In this document: positions 40,652 to 49,889 of the stretch, one piece after another
Layout of the letters: the number at the start of each line of letters is the position of its first letter
How positions within the stretch are numbered: the stretch's first letter is position 1
Source of the DNA: an uncultured Gemmatimonadaceae bacterium
Lineage (GTDB): Bacteria > Gemmatimonadota > Gemmatimonadetes > Longimicrobiales > RSA9
Assembly: GCA_964410055.1 (NCBI GenBank)
Contig: CAYPGK010000004.1
Coordinates: 2,831 to 66,830 of the forward strand
Length of the DNA: 64,000 nucleotides
Reading direction: 5' to 3'
Notes under the pieces: generated by a model
The model's input: the letters and a program-made list of their open reading frames with translations, nothing else
Told to the model about the DNA's origin: nothing
Database searches by the model: none
Program-made: the position numbers and the translations under genes

Positions 40652-42175
40652 CTAGAAGAACATCCGGACCCCGAGCACCATCGCGCTCTCGACCCAGTCG
40701 CCCTCCCCGGCTTCGGTGCCCGCCTCGAAGATGATGTCGAAGGGCGGGCGCGGTCGGAACGCCGCGTGCGCGAGGAACCCCGTGCTCCGCCCCTCGCGGT
40801 CCGGCGCGAAAAGGTTCTCCGCGCCCCGGTCGCGGAAGAGGAGCGTCGCGCCGATGCGGAGGCGCGCGTCCAGCACGTCGGCGCGCGCCCAGGTGCGCCA
40901 CTCGGAGCCGTGGCCGCCGAGCGGGTGGCCGAGGGGGACGCCGTCGTTCGTCCAGCCGCCGAGGAACTGCCAGTGGCGGTACCAGATCGGGTTGCCACAG
41001 CAGCGCGGGCTGAATGAGGCGCGCTCGATGCCCAGCGCGGCAGCCGGCGCGCCGGGGAGCGCGGGGATCTCCACCCCGGCTACGACGCCCGGTACGTCCG
41101 ACCACGCGCCCGCGCTGTCTTCCAGCCCCCACTCCAGATAAACGATCAGGGGCAGCTCCTGGATCGGCGGACGGAACCAGGCGTCGAGGGACAGGATCTG
41201 GTTGTCGAACCCGCTCCCCGCGCCGCCGTGCTTGCCGACCATGAGGAAGGCCAGGTTCTTCAGACTGAGCGCGTTCTTCCCCTCGCCCCCGAACATGGCC
41301 GTGCGGGTCAGCCCCAACCCGAAGCGCCGGTGCGGTTCGATCGTCGCGCGCATCCCCCAGATCCATGGCCGCCCGATCGGCGCGTCGTGTTCGACGCGGG
41401 AGAGGAACGTCTCGAAGAGGACCGGCCCGAGCGCCTCGAGGAACGACGGGAGCAGGACGGGGTCCGTGAGGAAGATCCCGCCGCCATCGAAGGAGGCCAC
41501 CGGGTTGAGGACGACGCCGCCGCCCGCACCCGTCACGTAGCCGAGCGTGCGTCGGCCGACCCAGACCCCGGCGTCACGCCAGACGGCGGTCGCGTAGCCG
41601 CCGCCGAAGCGCCACTCGCCCCCGGTCCGAAGCGGCGTGAACCCGACCGCGGCCGCGGGGAAGAGCTGGGCGGCCCAGTCGCCCGCGCCCATGGCGGTGG
41701 ACACGTCCTCCGCATCTTCCGGCCCGGTCCAGTCCACGTCGTTCTCGTAGCCGATCCCCGGGAGGAGGCGGCCACTCCGCAGCTCGTAGCCCGCGGCAAC
41801 GGCGCCGTCGTCGAGACCGAGCCCGGAAGAATCCTGCCCGGCCAGCTCCGCCATCGTCGTCGGATACTCTTCGCCGAAGCGGTCGCGGTAGGTGCGGGCC
41901 AGGGAGAGGAGGTCGGGTTGGGTCCGTTCGGCGAGTCGCGTCGCGGCGTCGAAGATCCGCCCGACCTCCCGGCGCGTGAGCGGCCGCCGCGCCCGGTCGA
42001 AGCCGTGTTCGACGAGCCCGAGCGCGTGGAGCCGGCTCGCCGCCTCGATCGCCCAGTGGCCGGGCGGCAGGAACGCCGAGGCGAAGTCCGGCGTCCGCTG
42101 CTGCGCCGGCGCAACACCCGCCGCGAGCACGAGCGACGCCGCGATGATGGCGATGCGATGCACCCGTCCCTCCAT
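40652..42175 (-). CDS. outer-membrane beta-barrel protein, possibly capsule-assembly Wzi-like
   Basis: 507 aa from ATG 42175. Signal peptide MEGRVHRIAIIAASLVLAAGVAPAQQ, alternating beta-strand pattern, and a C-terminus ...VLGVRMFF ending in an aromatic residue as in OMPs. The Wzi assignment is from memory of similarly annotated proteins. Confidence 0.6.
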   Translation of the reverse strand: MEGRVHRIAIIAASLVLAAGVAPAQQRTPDFASAFLPPGHWAIEAASRLHALGLVEHGFDRARRPLTRREVGRIFDAATRLAERTQPDLLSLARTYRDRFGEEYPTTMAELAGQDSSGLGLDDGAVAAGYELRSGRLLPGIGYENDVDWTGPEDAEDVSTAMGAGDWAAQLFPAAAVGFTPLRTGGEWRFGGGYATAVWRDAGVWVGRRTLGYVTGAGGGVVLNPVASFDGGGIFLTDPVLLPSFLEALGPVLFETFLSRVEHDAPIGRPWIWGMRATIEPHRRFGLGLTRTAMFGGEGKNALSLKNLAFLMVGKHGGAGSGFDNQILSLDAWFRPPIQELPLIVYLEWGLEDSAGAWSDVPGVVAGVEIPALPGAPAAALGIERASFSPRCCGNPIWYRHWQFLGGWTNDGVPLGHPLGGHGSEWRTWARADVLDARLRIGATLLFRDRGAENLFAPDREGRSTGFLAHAAFRPRPPFDIIFEAGTEAGEGDWVESAMVLGVRMFF

Positions 42176-42316
42176 GGCTTCCGTCCGACACCCGGGCGAC
42201 GGGAGCTGCAAGTCCCGGGCACGACGTCTGCGCCCGTAAGGGACGGTCGAGGGGACGCCTCTCGCGCCCTGCCTGGCACGCGATGAACCGGTCATCGCGT
42301 GCCGGCCGGCCACCCC

Positions 42317-43606
42317 ATGCCATCCGGGAACCGCGTGCGCGTCGTCTACTACACCCACACGGCGTTCTTCGAGGTCGCCGCCTCGATCGTGCGCGAGCTC
42401 GCGCGCAGCGCCGAAGTGCACCTGCTCCTCGAAGTCGCGCCATCGGCGTGGCGGCTCGCGGGCTTCGATGCGACAGCGCGGCGCCTGCCCGCCGGGCTCG
42501 CCCCGGCGGACGACGTCCTGGGCGACGCCTTCCCGCCCGCCGTGCGCGCCTACTGGTCGGGCGCCGCCTCGTTCCACCTCGTCGCGCACGCGGAACGGCG
42601 GAGCCTGCACCCCTCCACAGTGCGGATCGGCCGACGGGTCCTGGACTTCGTCCGCGCGACCCGCGCCGACGTGCTCCACATCGACGACGTCGACGTCTCG
42701 CCCCGCCTCTCGCTCGCGCTCCCCTTCGCGCGCAGCTTGCCGATCGTCCTCAGCGTCCACGACCCGGTCCCGCACTCCGGTGAGCACGGCTGGCGCAAGC
42801 GACTCGCGCGGCGGCTCGCCTACCCCCGCGCGCGACGGTTCGTCCTCCACAACAGGTCGATGGTCGATGCGTTCCGCCGCGCCCACGGCGTCGCCCCCGA
42901 CGATGTTTCAGTCGCGCCGCTCGGGCTGCTCGAGATCTTCCGCGAATGGCGGAGCGCTGCGCCCGCCGCCGCACGGCCGCCCGTGCCTCCACCGCTCGTG
43001 GGCGAATCGCGCCCCGCGCCGGCGCCGCAACCGCCGGGCGCGCCGCCCGCGACGTCGCACCCTCCCACGATCCTCTTCTTCGGCCGGATCTCGCCCTACA
43101 AAGGGCTCGACGTGTTGTACCGCGCGCTCCCGCAGGTGGCCGAGCGGGTCCCGGGCGTTCGGGTCGTGGTCGCCGGGCAGCCGATCGACGGCTACACGCC
43201 GCCCACCCCACCGCTTCTCCCGCCGCCCGCACGGGTGGCGACGCACTTCGACTACCTCCCCAACGCACACCTCGCCCGCCTGCTCGAGGAAGCGACGGTC
43301 GTCGCCTGCCCGTACCGCGACGCCACTCAGAGCGGTGTGGTCCTGACCGCGTACGCGTTCGACCGGCCCGTCGTCGCCTCCGCCGTGGGCGGGCTGCCGG
43401 AGTACGTGGTCGACGGCGAGACCGGCGTGCTCGTCCCGCCCGGCGACGACGCGGCGCTCGCCGACGCCCTCGTCGGTACGTTGGAGCGCGCAACCCGCGC
43501 CCGCGACGGCGGCATGGGCGTTCTCGACCGCGCACGGCGAGCGTGGAGCTGGGACCGCACGGCGGCGACGCTCATGGATGCGTACCGCGAAGTATCGCGT
43601 CGATGA
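42317..43606 (+). CDS. glycosyltransferase family 4
   Basis: The GT-B C-terminal half carries the EX7E-type motif (PYRDATQSGVVLTAYAFDRPVVASAVGGLPEYVVDGETG). The start is ATG 42317 or GTG 42299. Confidence 0.85.
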   Translation: MPSGNRVRVVYYTHTAFFEVAASIVRELARSAEVHLLLEVAPSAWRLAGFDATARRLPAGLAPADDVLGDAFPPAVRAYWSGAASFHLVAHAERRSLHPSTVRIGRRVLDFVRATRADVLHIDDVDVSPRLSLALPFARSLPIVLSVHDPVPHSGEHGWRKRLARRLAYPRARRFVLHNRSMVDAFRRAHGVAPDDVSVAPLGLLEIFREWRSAAPAAARPPVPPPLVGESRPAPAPQPPGAPPATSHPPTILFFGRISPYKGLDVLYRALPQVAERVPGVRVVVAGQPIDGYTPPTPPLLPPPARVATHFDYLPNAHLARLLEEATVVACPYRDATQSGVVLTAYAFDRPVVASAVGGLPEYVVDGETGVLVPPGDDAALADALVGTLERATRARDGGMGVLDRARRAWSWDRTAATLMDAYREVSRR

Positions 43607-43619
43607 TCCGGGTGCCCTC

Positions 43620-45146
43620 TCACTCCGTCGCCCACACCCTCCCCGCCGCCCGCCGCAATCCCCGCCCCACCGCCGCCCGCTCCGCCCTCGCGGCCGGCAT
43701 CGCCAGGTACGCCGCCACATACGCTGCCCCGCCGGCCAGCGCTGCCACCGCCGCGCTCCCTATTGCCGTCGCGCCGATGAGCCGTTCAACGGCGAAGAGC
43801 GCCGCGCCCATGGGCAGCGCGGGGACCAGCGCAGGCGCCCATGTCTCGCGGACCACGTCTCCTGCGGGGATACGCAGCGTGCGGAGCGTGTACGGCAGCG
43901 CGACGCCGAGCGCGGCGATGGCGTTCGCGACGAGCGTCGCGAGCGCGACGCCCGCGAGTCCGAGCGGGCGGACCAGCGCAATCGAGAGCGCGACGTTGAG
44001 GATCCCGGCGCCCATCGCCGTCACGGCCAGGACGCGCTGCCGTGCGATCCCCTCGAGGACCGCGCCGGCCGCCCACTGGCTCGTCTCGAGCAGACACGCG
44101 ACGGCCAGGATCGCGGCGAGTCCCGCGGCGCCGGCGAAGGCCGGGCCGACCCACGCGGTCAGCACCGCCTCCGCGTAGCGGACGAGGAGCACGGCCGCGG
44201 GGACCACGATCCCGAGCGTGATCCGCGAGCCGTGGAGGTAGAGCGCGCGCAGCCGCTCGGCCTCACCCAGCGCCTCCAGCTCGGATGCGAGCGGGATGAT
44301 GACCTTGAGGAACTGGTCCGCCACGATCTGCGCCGCCTCGGCCAGTCGCCGCGCGATGGCGTACGGTGCGATCGCGCCGACCGGGAGGAACGCCGCGATC
44401 ACGAACTCGTCGCTCCGCGTACCCAGCCGGCTCCCCAGCCGGTAGGCGAAGGACGCCGCCCCGAACGTGAGCAGTCGCCGCGCCGCCGGCCGGCTCGCGC
44501 CGCGCCAGCCGAAGCGAAGCCCCGGCGCGGCCCGGCGCGCGAGCCGGTGGTACGCCCACCGCGTCGCCGCGGTCACGACGATCGCGGTGCACGCCATCCC
44601 CACCACGCCACCGCCCGCGAGCACGACGAGCACCATCCCGCCCGCCGTCGCGATCGTGCCCACGACGCCGACCGCGTTGTACAGGTCGTAGCGCTGGAGC
44701 CCCTGGAGCGCGACGGCCACCGGCGTGAGCGCCAGCGTAGCGCCGATGTGCAGGCCGGTGAGCACGACCAGCGGCGCGACGAGCGGCCCGAGTGCGGCGG
44801 GCGCGTCGACCCACCGCGGCACGACGTGCGCTGCCGCGACGCCCGCCGCCGCGACGAGCGCACCGAGCGCGAGGAAGATCCGCAGCGACGTCGCCAGCAG
44901 CGCGTTCGCCCCCGCATCCTCGCCTCGCGCCCGGTCCTCGGCCACGTACTTCACGACCGCGCCGCCGATCCCGAGGTCCAGGAGCGTGCCGTAAGCGAAC
45001 GCCGAGCCGACCAGGACCCACAGCCCGTAGGCGTCCGCGCCGAGCGCGTGCACGAGGAACGGGGTGAGCAGGAACGACGTCGCGAGCGCGACGAACTTGC
45101 CGGCCAGGTTGCTCGCCGCGCCGCGGAGCAGCCGCCGCCCGATCAC
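43620..45146 (-). CDS. oligosaccharide flippase (Wzx / polysaccharide biosynthesis protein family) no. 1
   Basis: 508 aa polytopic protein from GTG 45146, with a GTGA overlap on the upstream GT2 stop. N-terminus LLRGAASNLAGKFVALATSFLLTPFLVHALGADAYGLW is typical of Wzx/MOP proteins. Confidence 0.8.
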   Translation of the reverse strand: MIGRRLLRGAASNLAGKFVALATSFLLTPFLVHALGADAYGLWVLVGSAFAYGTLLDLGIGGAVVKYVAEDRARGEDAGANALLATSLRIFLALGALVAAAGVAAAHVVPRWVDAPAALGPLVAPLVVLTGLHIGATLALTPVAVALQGLQRYDLYNAVGVVGTIATAGGMVLVVLAGGGVVGMACTAIVVTAATRWAYHRLARRAAPGLRFGWRGASRPAARRLLTFGAASFAYRLGSRLGTRSDEFVIAAFLPVGAIAPYAIARRLAEAAQIVADQFLKVIIPLASELEALGEAERLRALYLHGSRITLGIVVPAAVLLVRYAEAVLTAWVGPAFAGAAGLAAILAVACLLETSQWAAGAVLEGIARQRVLAVTAMGAGILNVALSIALVRPLGLAGVALATLVANAIAALGVALPYTLRTLRIPAGDVVRETWAPALVPALPMGAALFAVERLIGATAIGSAAVAALAGGAAYVAAYLAMPAARAERAAVGRGLRRAAGRVWATE

Positions 45147-46054
45147 CGGCCGCCGGGCCCGGCGCGGAGCCACGCCGCGCCGCCGACCACGACCCCCGCC
45201 AGGTATGCGACGTCGCCGAGCGCGGCCCGCGGGCGTGTGAGCGCCCGCCGCGGCAGCCGCAGCGCGATCTGCCCCACGCGCCGCGCCGCGAGCGAGAGCA
45301 CCGCCCGCTCCCCGCCGGCGACGTGCTTCGCGTAGAACGCGCCCTGGCCGTACCCGTAGCGCCAGCGCTGCGGCACCAACTCCCGCCCCTCGCGCCACGC
45401 CCGGTGCCAGACGAACGCCGCCGGCTCGAAGTGGACGCGGCCGCCCGCGCGGAGCAGGCGGAAGCCGAAGTCGTTGTCCTCCGCGCCCGGGAAGGGGGCG
45501 CCGGCGCCGAGTCGCTCGTCGTAGCCGCCCAGCGCCTCGTAGTCCTCCCGGTGGATCGCCAGGTTCCCGGCGACGAGCGCGTCGCGCGGATTGCCCGCGT
45601 CGTAGACGGCGGGCTCCGAGTCGAGGCGCAGCGCGGGGACGTACCCGCCGGGCCGCTCCTCGAGCGGGAGCACACGCCCGCTCACCGCCGCGCCCGGCCC
45701 GGCGGCGCGGAGCGCGCCGACCAGCGTGCGCAGCCACGCGCGGTCGACGATGCAGTCGTCGTCGGTGAAGGTCAGGACCGGGTGGGCGGCGGCGCGCACG
45801 CCTTCGTTCCGGGCGCGGCTCAGCCCACGGGACGTGGTGTGGAGGTAGCGGAGCGTGCACCCGTTCGGAACCGGCGTCACGGCGAGGGTGCGGTGAGGAG
45901 CGTCGCTCTGGTCGACGACCACGATCTCGGCGGGGACCGCATCACCGGCCAGGACCGAGGTGATGGCGTCCTCGATCATCCGCGGCCGGTCCCGCGTGCA
46001 AAGGATGAGCGACGTCGCCTCGAGGACCGGCGGCGTCGGCCCGCGTGCGTCCAT
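45143..46054 (-). CDS. glycosyltransferase family 2 (paralog A)
   Basis: 303 aa; SLILCTRDRP, VVVDQS, FTDDDC (DxD) and GAEDNDFGFRL. Confidence 0.85.
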   Translation of the reverse strand: MDARGPTPPVLEATSLILCTRDRPRMIEDAITSVLAGDAVPAEIVVVDQSDAPHRTLAVTPVPNGCTLRYLHTTSRGLSRARNEGVRAAAHPVLTFTDDDCIVDRAWLRTLVGALRAAGPGAAVSGRVLPLEERPGGYVPALRLDSEPAVYDAGNPRDALVAGNLAIHREDYEALGGYDERLGAGAPFPGAEDNDFGFRLLRAGGRVHFEPAAFVWHRAWREGRELVPQRWRYGYGQGAFYAKHVAGGERAVLSLAARRVGQIALRLPRRALTRPRAALGDVAYLAGVVVGGAAWLRAGPGGR

Positions 46055-46060
46055 GGCGCC

Positions 46061-46972
46061 TCACCCGCCGTCGGGGCCCGGCACGCGCAGCCCGTAGAGC
46101 AGCCCCGTGCCCGCGCCCCGCAGCATGAGCGCCTCCTCGTGCACGCGGCGCCACCGGCCGAGCGCGCACGCGCCGGCCAGGACGCGGCCGCGGTCGAAGC
46201 ACCAGCGTGCGAGGACCGCGAGGGCGTACGGGTCGCCGCGTCGCAGCCAGAGCGCGCAGAAGGCGCCCATCCCGTGGCCGTAGCGGGGCCGGCTCGCCAG
46301 CCGCCGGGCCGTGCTCTGGCGCTGGTGATAGACCCGTGCGTCCGGCTCGTAGCGGATCGACCCGCCTGCGCGCAGCAGCTTGTAGAGCAGGTCCATGTCC
46401 TCGCCCGCGTGCCCGGGCGAGCCGGCGCCGAGCCGCTCGTCGAAGCCGCCGACCCGCTCGAACCGCTTCCGGCGCACGGCCGTGTTCCCGCCCGTGCCCA
46501 CCCGCCACGGCAGCGCACGCACCCGGTACTCCACGCGCTCCTCGCTCGTCCGGCCGGACACGGCGTGCGTCCCCGGGCGCGCCGGACCGAGCGGGAGGAC
46601 CGGCCCCGTGACCGCGGCCAGATCCGGGGCCTCCGTGAACGTGCGCGCCACCGCGGCGACCCACCCGCGCGACGGCACGCAGTCGTCGTCGGTGAACGCC
46701 AGGATCGGGTGGCGGGTTGCGGCTGCAGCGGCGTTGCGGGCGGCCGAGAGCCCGCGCGGTTCCGCGCGGACGTAGGTGAGGTGCACGCCGGCCGCGCGCC
46801 GCGCCTCGACCTCGCGGCGCGCGTCGTCGCCCGGACCCTGGTCGACCACGACGACCGCGCCCGGCACGACGTCGCCCGCCAGGATCCCGTCCAGGCAGCG
46901 CGCGAGCGCCTCCGGCCGGTCCAGCGTCGGCACGGCTACGGCCACCTCCTCCGCCACGCGCGTCCCGCTCAC
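46061..46972 (-). CDS. glycosyltransferase family 2 (paralog B)
   Basis: 303 aa from GTG 46972 (GTGA overlap). AVAVPTLDRP, VVVDQG, FTDDDC and AGEDMDLLYKL. It aligns with paralog A along the full length. Confidence 0.85.
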   Translation of the reverse strand: MSGTRVAEEVAVAVPTLDRPEALARCLDGILAGDVVPGAVVVVDQGPGDDARREVEARRAAGVHLTYVRAEPRGLSAARNAAAAATRHPILAFTDDDCVPSRGWVAAVARTFTEAPDLAAVTGPVLPLGPARPGTHAVSGRTSEERVEYRVRALPWRVGTGGNTAVRRKRFERVGGFDERLGAGSPGHAGEDMDLLYKLLRAGGSIRYEPDARVYHQRQSTARRLASRPRYGHGMGAFCALWLRRGDPYALAVLARWCFDRGRVLAGACALGRWRRVHEEALMLRGAGTGLLYGLRVPGPDGG

Positions 46973-48642
46973 GGCCACGTCCTCTCGAAGACCCGCGCCG
47001 GACGCTCCGCCAGGACGCCGATGTAGGCGACGTACGGGTTCCCCTCCCTCCCCGGCGCGACCCCGCCCGCGCGCAACCGAAGTGCCCGGTCGAGAGCCTG
47101 TTCGAGGAGCAGGTTGAGGAGGAAGAGCGGCGCGAGCCGCCGGTCCAGCTCCAGACGACCCATGTAGCGGGCATGGGCGCGACGGCAGGCGCGAGAGGCG
47201 CCATCGCCGCACTCGGGCTCGAGGAAGAGCCGCTCGAAGTCGCGCAGCCGTTCGGCCGGGCGGCGAGCGCCGTGCACCAGCCACGACCAGTGCAGCGTAA
47301 AATAGAAGAGGTCGCAGAGCGGCGGGCCCGGCCGCGCGACCTCCCAGTCGATCACCGCGACCCTCTTGCCTTCGACGTGCACGTTCCAGGGGCCGAAGTC
47401 CCTGTGCTGCCAGACGACCGGGAAGATGCACCCCGCCGCGCCCTCGGCCCACTGCCGCGCCCGCTCGAAGAGACGCCGCTCGTCGTCCGTGCAACCGAAC
47501 ACGGCCGCGTACCGCGCGACCGGCCGCTCGAGCAGCCGGTCGATCCGCCGTCCGTCCAGGATCGTCTGGGCCAGCACGCTCCGGAGGTGGAACGACGCCA
47601 GCCACGTCGTCGCCCCCCGCAACGCGGCGATCGCCTCACGCCCACCACCCGCACACGCCGCGTACACCGACCGCCCGGCCACGCTCCGCTCCACGCTCAC
47701 CGCGAGCCCGCGCCACCGCCCCGCCCGCGCCGGCGCCGGGAGCGTTGCCCGCAGCCGCGGGCCCACACGCGCCCGGATCCGCTCCAGCATCGCGTGCTCG
47801 TGCATCGTGGCATCGTTGTACCGACGCAGACGCGGGTGCTTGATCACGGCCGCCGGCCGCGCCGAACGCTCCTGGAATGGCAGCACCACTACCCGGCTCC
47901 ACGCCCCCTCCCCGCCCAGCAGCACCACCGGCCGCGCGCGCGGCGGTCGGAGCGTTGCCGGGACACCGCGGCCGCCGAGGACGCCCGGCGCAACTCCGGC
48001 ACCGCGCGGCACCCCCACGCTCGCCTCCGCACGCCCCCCCACCCGCGCCGTCACGACGTACGCCGGCACCAGCGTGCCGAAGCGCCAGGCACGCCCGCCG
48101 GTGACCAGACGGGCCGCCGCCCCCAGCACCCGACCGATCCATCCGCGCGGCGCGTGGTGCCGCGTCCCGTACCACGTCAGCGCGGCGTCCGACTCGAGGG
48201 GCAGGTACATCGCGCACCGATCGTGATCCGGCTTCGCCCACCAGCACCCCAGCGCCTCGAACCCCGCCCGCGCGAGCGCCCGGCCGAGCCGGGCGGGTGT
48301 CCACGCCGCGCCGGAGAGCGAGCGCCGATCGACCTCGACGAGCAGGACGCCGCCCTCACGGAGCCAGCGCCGCGCCTCTGCCGGCCGGACTCTCGCACCC
48401 CGGAGTAACACGACCGCGTCCGCAGCGCACTCGTCCGGCGGCGCCGACGACGCCGTTTGCGCGAGCCCGAGCCGCACCACGTCCTCCGCCGCGCCCGGCG
48501 GGCCGCCCAGCACGACCATGTGCCGGAACCTGGCCCCAGGCGGCATGGGCAGGAGGAAACGCCAGTCATACCTGCGCAGCCGGTCCGCGTCGATGGCGGC
48601 GCCCCGCGCCCGTGCCGCTCCGGTCCTCTGTGCCTTGCTCAC
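46969..48642 (-). CDS. two-domain protein: N-terminal methyltransferase-like Rossmann domain + C-terminal APH/choline-kinase-type phosphotransferase
   Basis: 557 aa from GTG 48642 (GTGA overlap). The kinase catalytic loop HRDFGPWNVHVEGKRVAVIDWE is encoded at 47341-47406, verified by translation. The N-terminal domain has VVLGGPPG...DAVVLL...WLREGGVLLVEV (MTase motif I/III-like, with a degenerate glycine loop). Confidence 0.75.
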   Translation of the reverse strand: MSKAQRTGAARARGAAIDADRLRRYDWRFLLPMPPGARFRHMVVLGGPPGAAEDVVRLGLAQTASSAPPDECAADAVVLLRGARVRPAEARRWLREGGVLLVEVDRRSLSGAAWTPARLGRALARAGFEALGCWWAKPDHDRCAMYLPLESDAALTWYGTRHHAPRGWIGRVLGAAARLVTGGRAWRFGTLVPAYVVTARVGGRAEASVGVPRGAGVAPGVLGGRGVPATLRPPRARPVVLLGGEGAWSRVVVLPFQERSARPAAVIKHPRLRRYNDATMHEHAMLERIRARVGPRLRATLPAPARAGRWRGLAVSVERSVAGRSVYAACAGGGREAIAALRGATTWLASFHLRSVLAQTILDGRRIDRLLERPVARYAAVFGCTDDERRLFERARQWAEGAAGCIFPVVWQHRDFGPWNVHVEGKRVAVIDWEVARPGPPLCDLFYFTLHWSWLVHGARRPAERLRDFERLFLEPECGDGASRACRRAHARYMGRLELDRRLAPLFLLNLLLEQALDRALRLRAGGVAPGREGNPYVAYIGVLAERPARVFERTWP

Positions 48643-49844
48643 GCCGCCTCCGCACTGCGGGCGGTGACCGGTTCGAGCCCGACGACCGTCCGCAGCAGCC
48701 TGGGCGCCACCGATTCCGGCGTAAACTCGCGCTCGTAGCGACGTCGCGCCGCCGCGGCTGCGGCCTCCAGGCGTGCCGGCGCCTCGAGCACCTCGATCAG
48801 TGCAGCCGCCGCGCCCTCCGGGTCGTCCAGGCTCCAGAACCGACCTTCGACGCCGTCCGCGAGCACCTCCGGTATCCCGCCGACCGGCGGCGCGAAGACG
48901 GGGCACCCGGCCGCCATCGCCTCGAGCAGCGCGATCGGGCAGTTCTCCATCGTCGCCGCGTGGACGTACGCCCGGTGCCTCGGCATGAGCGACGCCGCGT
49001 CCCGCACGTAACCCGGCAGCGCGACGTGCCCGGCCACGCCCAGCTCCTCGGCCAGCGCCCGCAGCCGCGACCGCAGCGGACCCTCACCGACGATCGTGAG
49101 CCGGTAGCGCCGCCCCAGCCGATGACACACCGCCAGCACCTCGAGGAGGAATGCATGGTTCTTCCGGACGTCCAGCGTGCCGACGCTGATCAGGTCGCCC
49201 GCGGGCACGTCACGCGCCGCCTCATCGCGCGTCCCCGCCGGCACGAAGTTCGGGATGCACCAGCGCGGCACCGAGGCGACTCCTTCGATCCGCTCCATGA
49301 CGCGACGCATCATGAAGCGCGACGGGAAGATCAGGCGGTCGACCCGCGGGAGCACCTCCTGCTCCAGCGCGGCGATGCGCCGGTATAGCGCGCCGCCGCG
49401 CGTGATGTAGCCGTGGTCCGCCCACTCGTCCGCCTGCGATTCGTTGAAGTGGACCATCAGCACGACCTCGACCGGCAAACCCCGCTCACGCGCGTCCAGT
49501 GCGGCCCGTGCCGCGAGCGGGTCCTGTGCGTAGACCACGGCCGGCGCGCCCGGCGCGAGCGCGCGCACGAGCGCCTGCCGCAGCAGGGTGTAGTGCAGCC
49601 GGCGATACCACCAGACCCAGAAGCCCTTGTGGAACGGCTTGGCCAGACGCCCGACGGCGAAGCTGGGATACACGACCGCGGGACCCATGTCGAACGGCGT
49701 GATCAGCCGGACGCCCCAACCGACCTCGCGCGCCGCACCCAGGAACATCCGGCAGTGCGTCTGAACGCCCGTCTCGCCCTCCGGCCGCAGGATCGTGGCC
49801 ACGTAGACGTCTCGCACCACGGGCGTGGACACCGCTCGCTCCAT
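48639..49844 (-). CDS. glycosyltransferase family 4
   Basis: 401 aa; GT-B C-terminal motif HAATMENCPIALLEAMAAGCPVFAPPVGGIPEVLADGVEG. Confidence 0.88.
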   Translation of the reverse strand: MERAVSTPVVRDVYVATILRPEGETGVQTHCRMFLGAAREVGWGVRLITPFDMGPAVVYPSFAVGRLAKPFHKGFWVWWYRRLHYTLLRQALVRALAPGAPAVVYAQDPLAARAALDARERGLPVEVVLMVHFNESQADEWADHGYITRGGALYRRIAALEQEVLPRVDRLIFPSRFMMRRVMERIEGVASVPRWCIPNFVPAGTRDEAARDVPAGDLISVGTLDVRKNHAFLLEVLAVCHRLGRRYRLTIVGEGPLRSRLRALAEELGVAGHVALPGYVRDAASLMPRHRAYVHAATMENCPIALLEAMAAGCPVFAPPVGGIPEVLADGVEGRFWSLDDPEGAAAALIEVLEAPARLEAAAAAARRRYEREFTPESVAPRLLRTVVGLEPVTARSAEAA

Positions 49845-49889
49845 GCTCCCGATTGATTCGGCCGCGCCAATGAGCGGCCGGTGTAAGCC

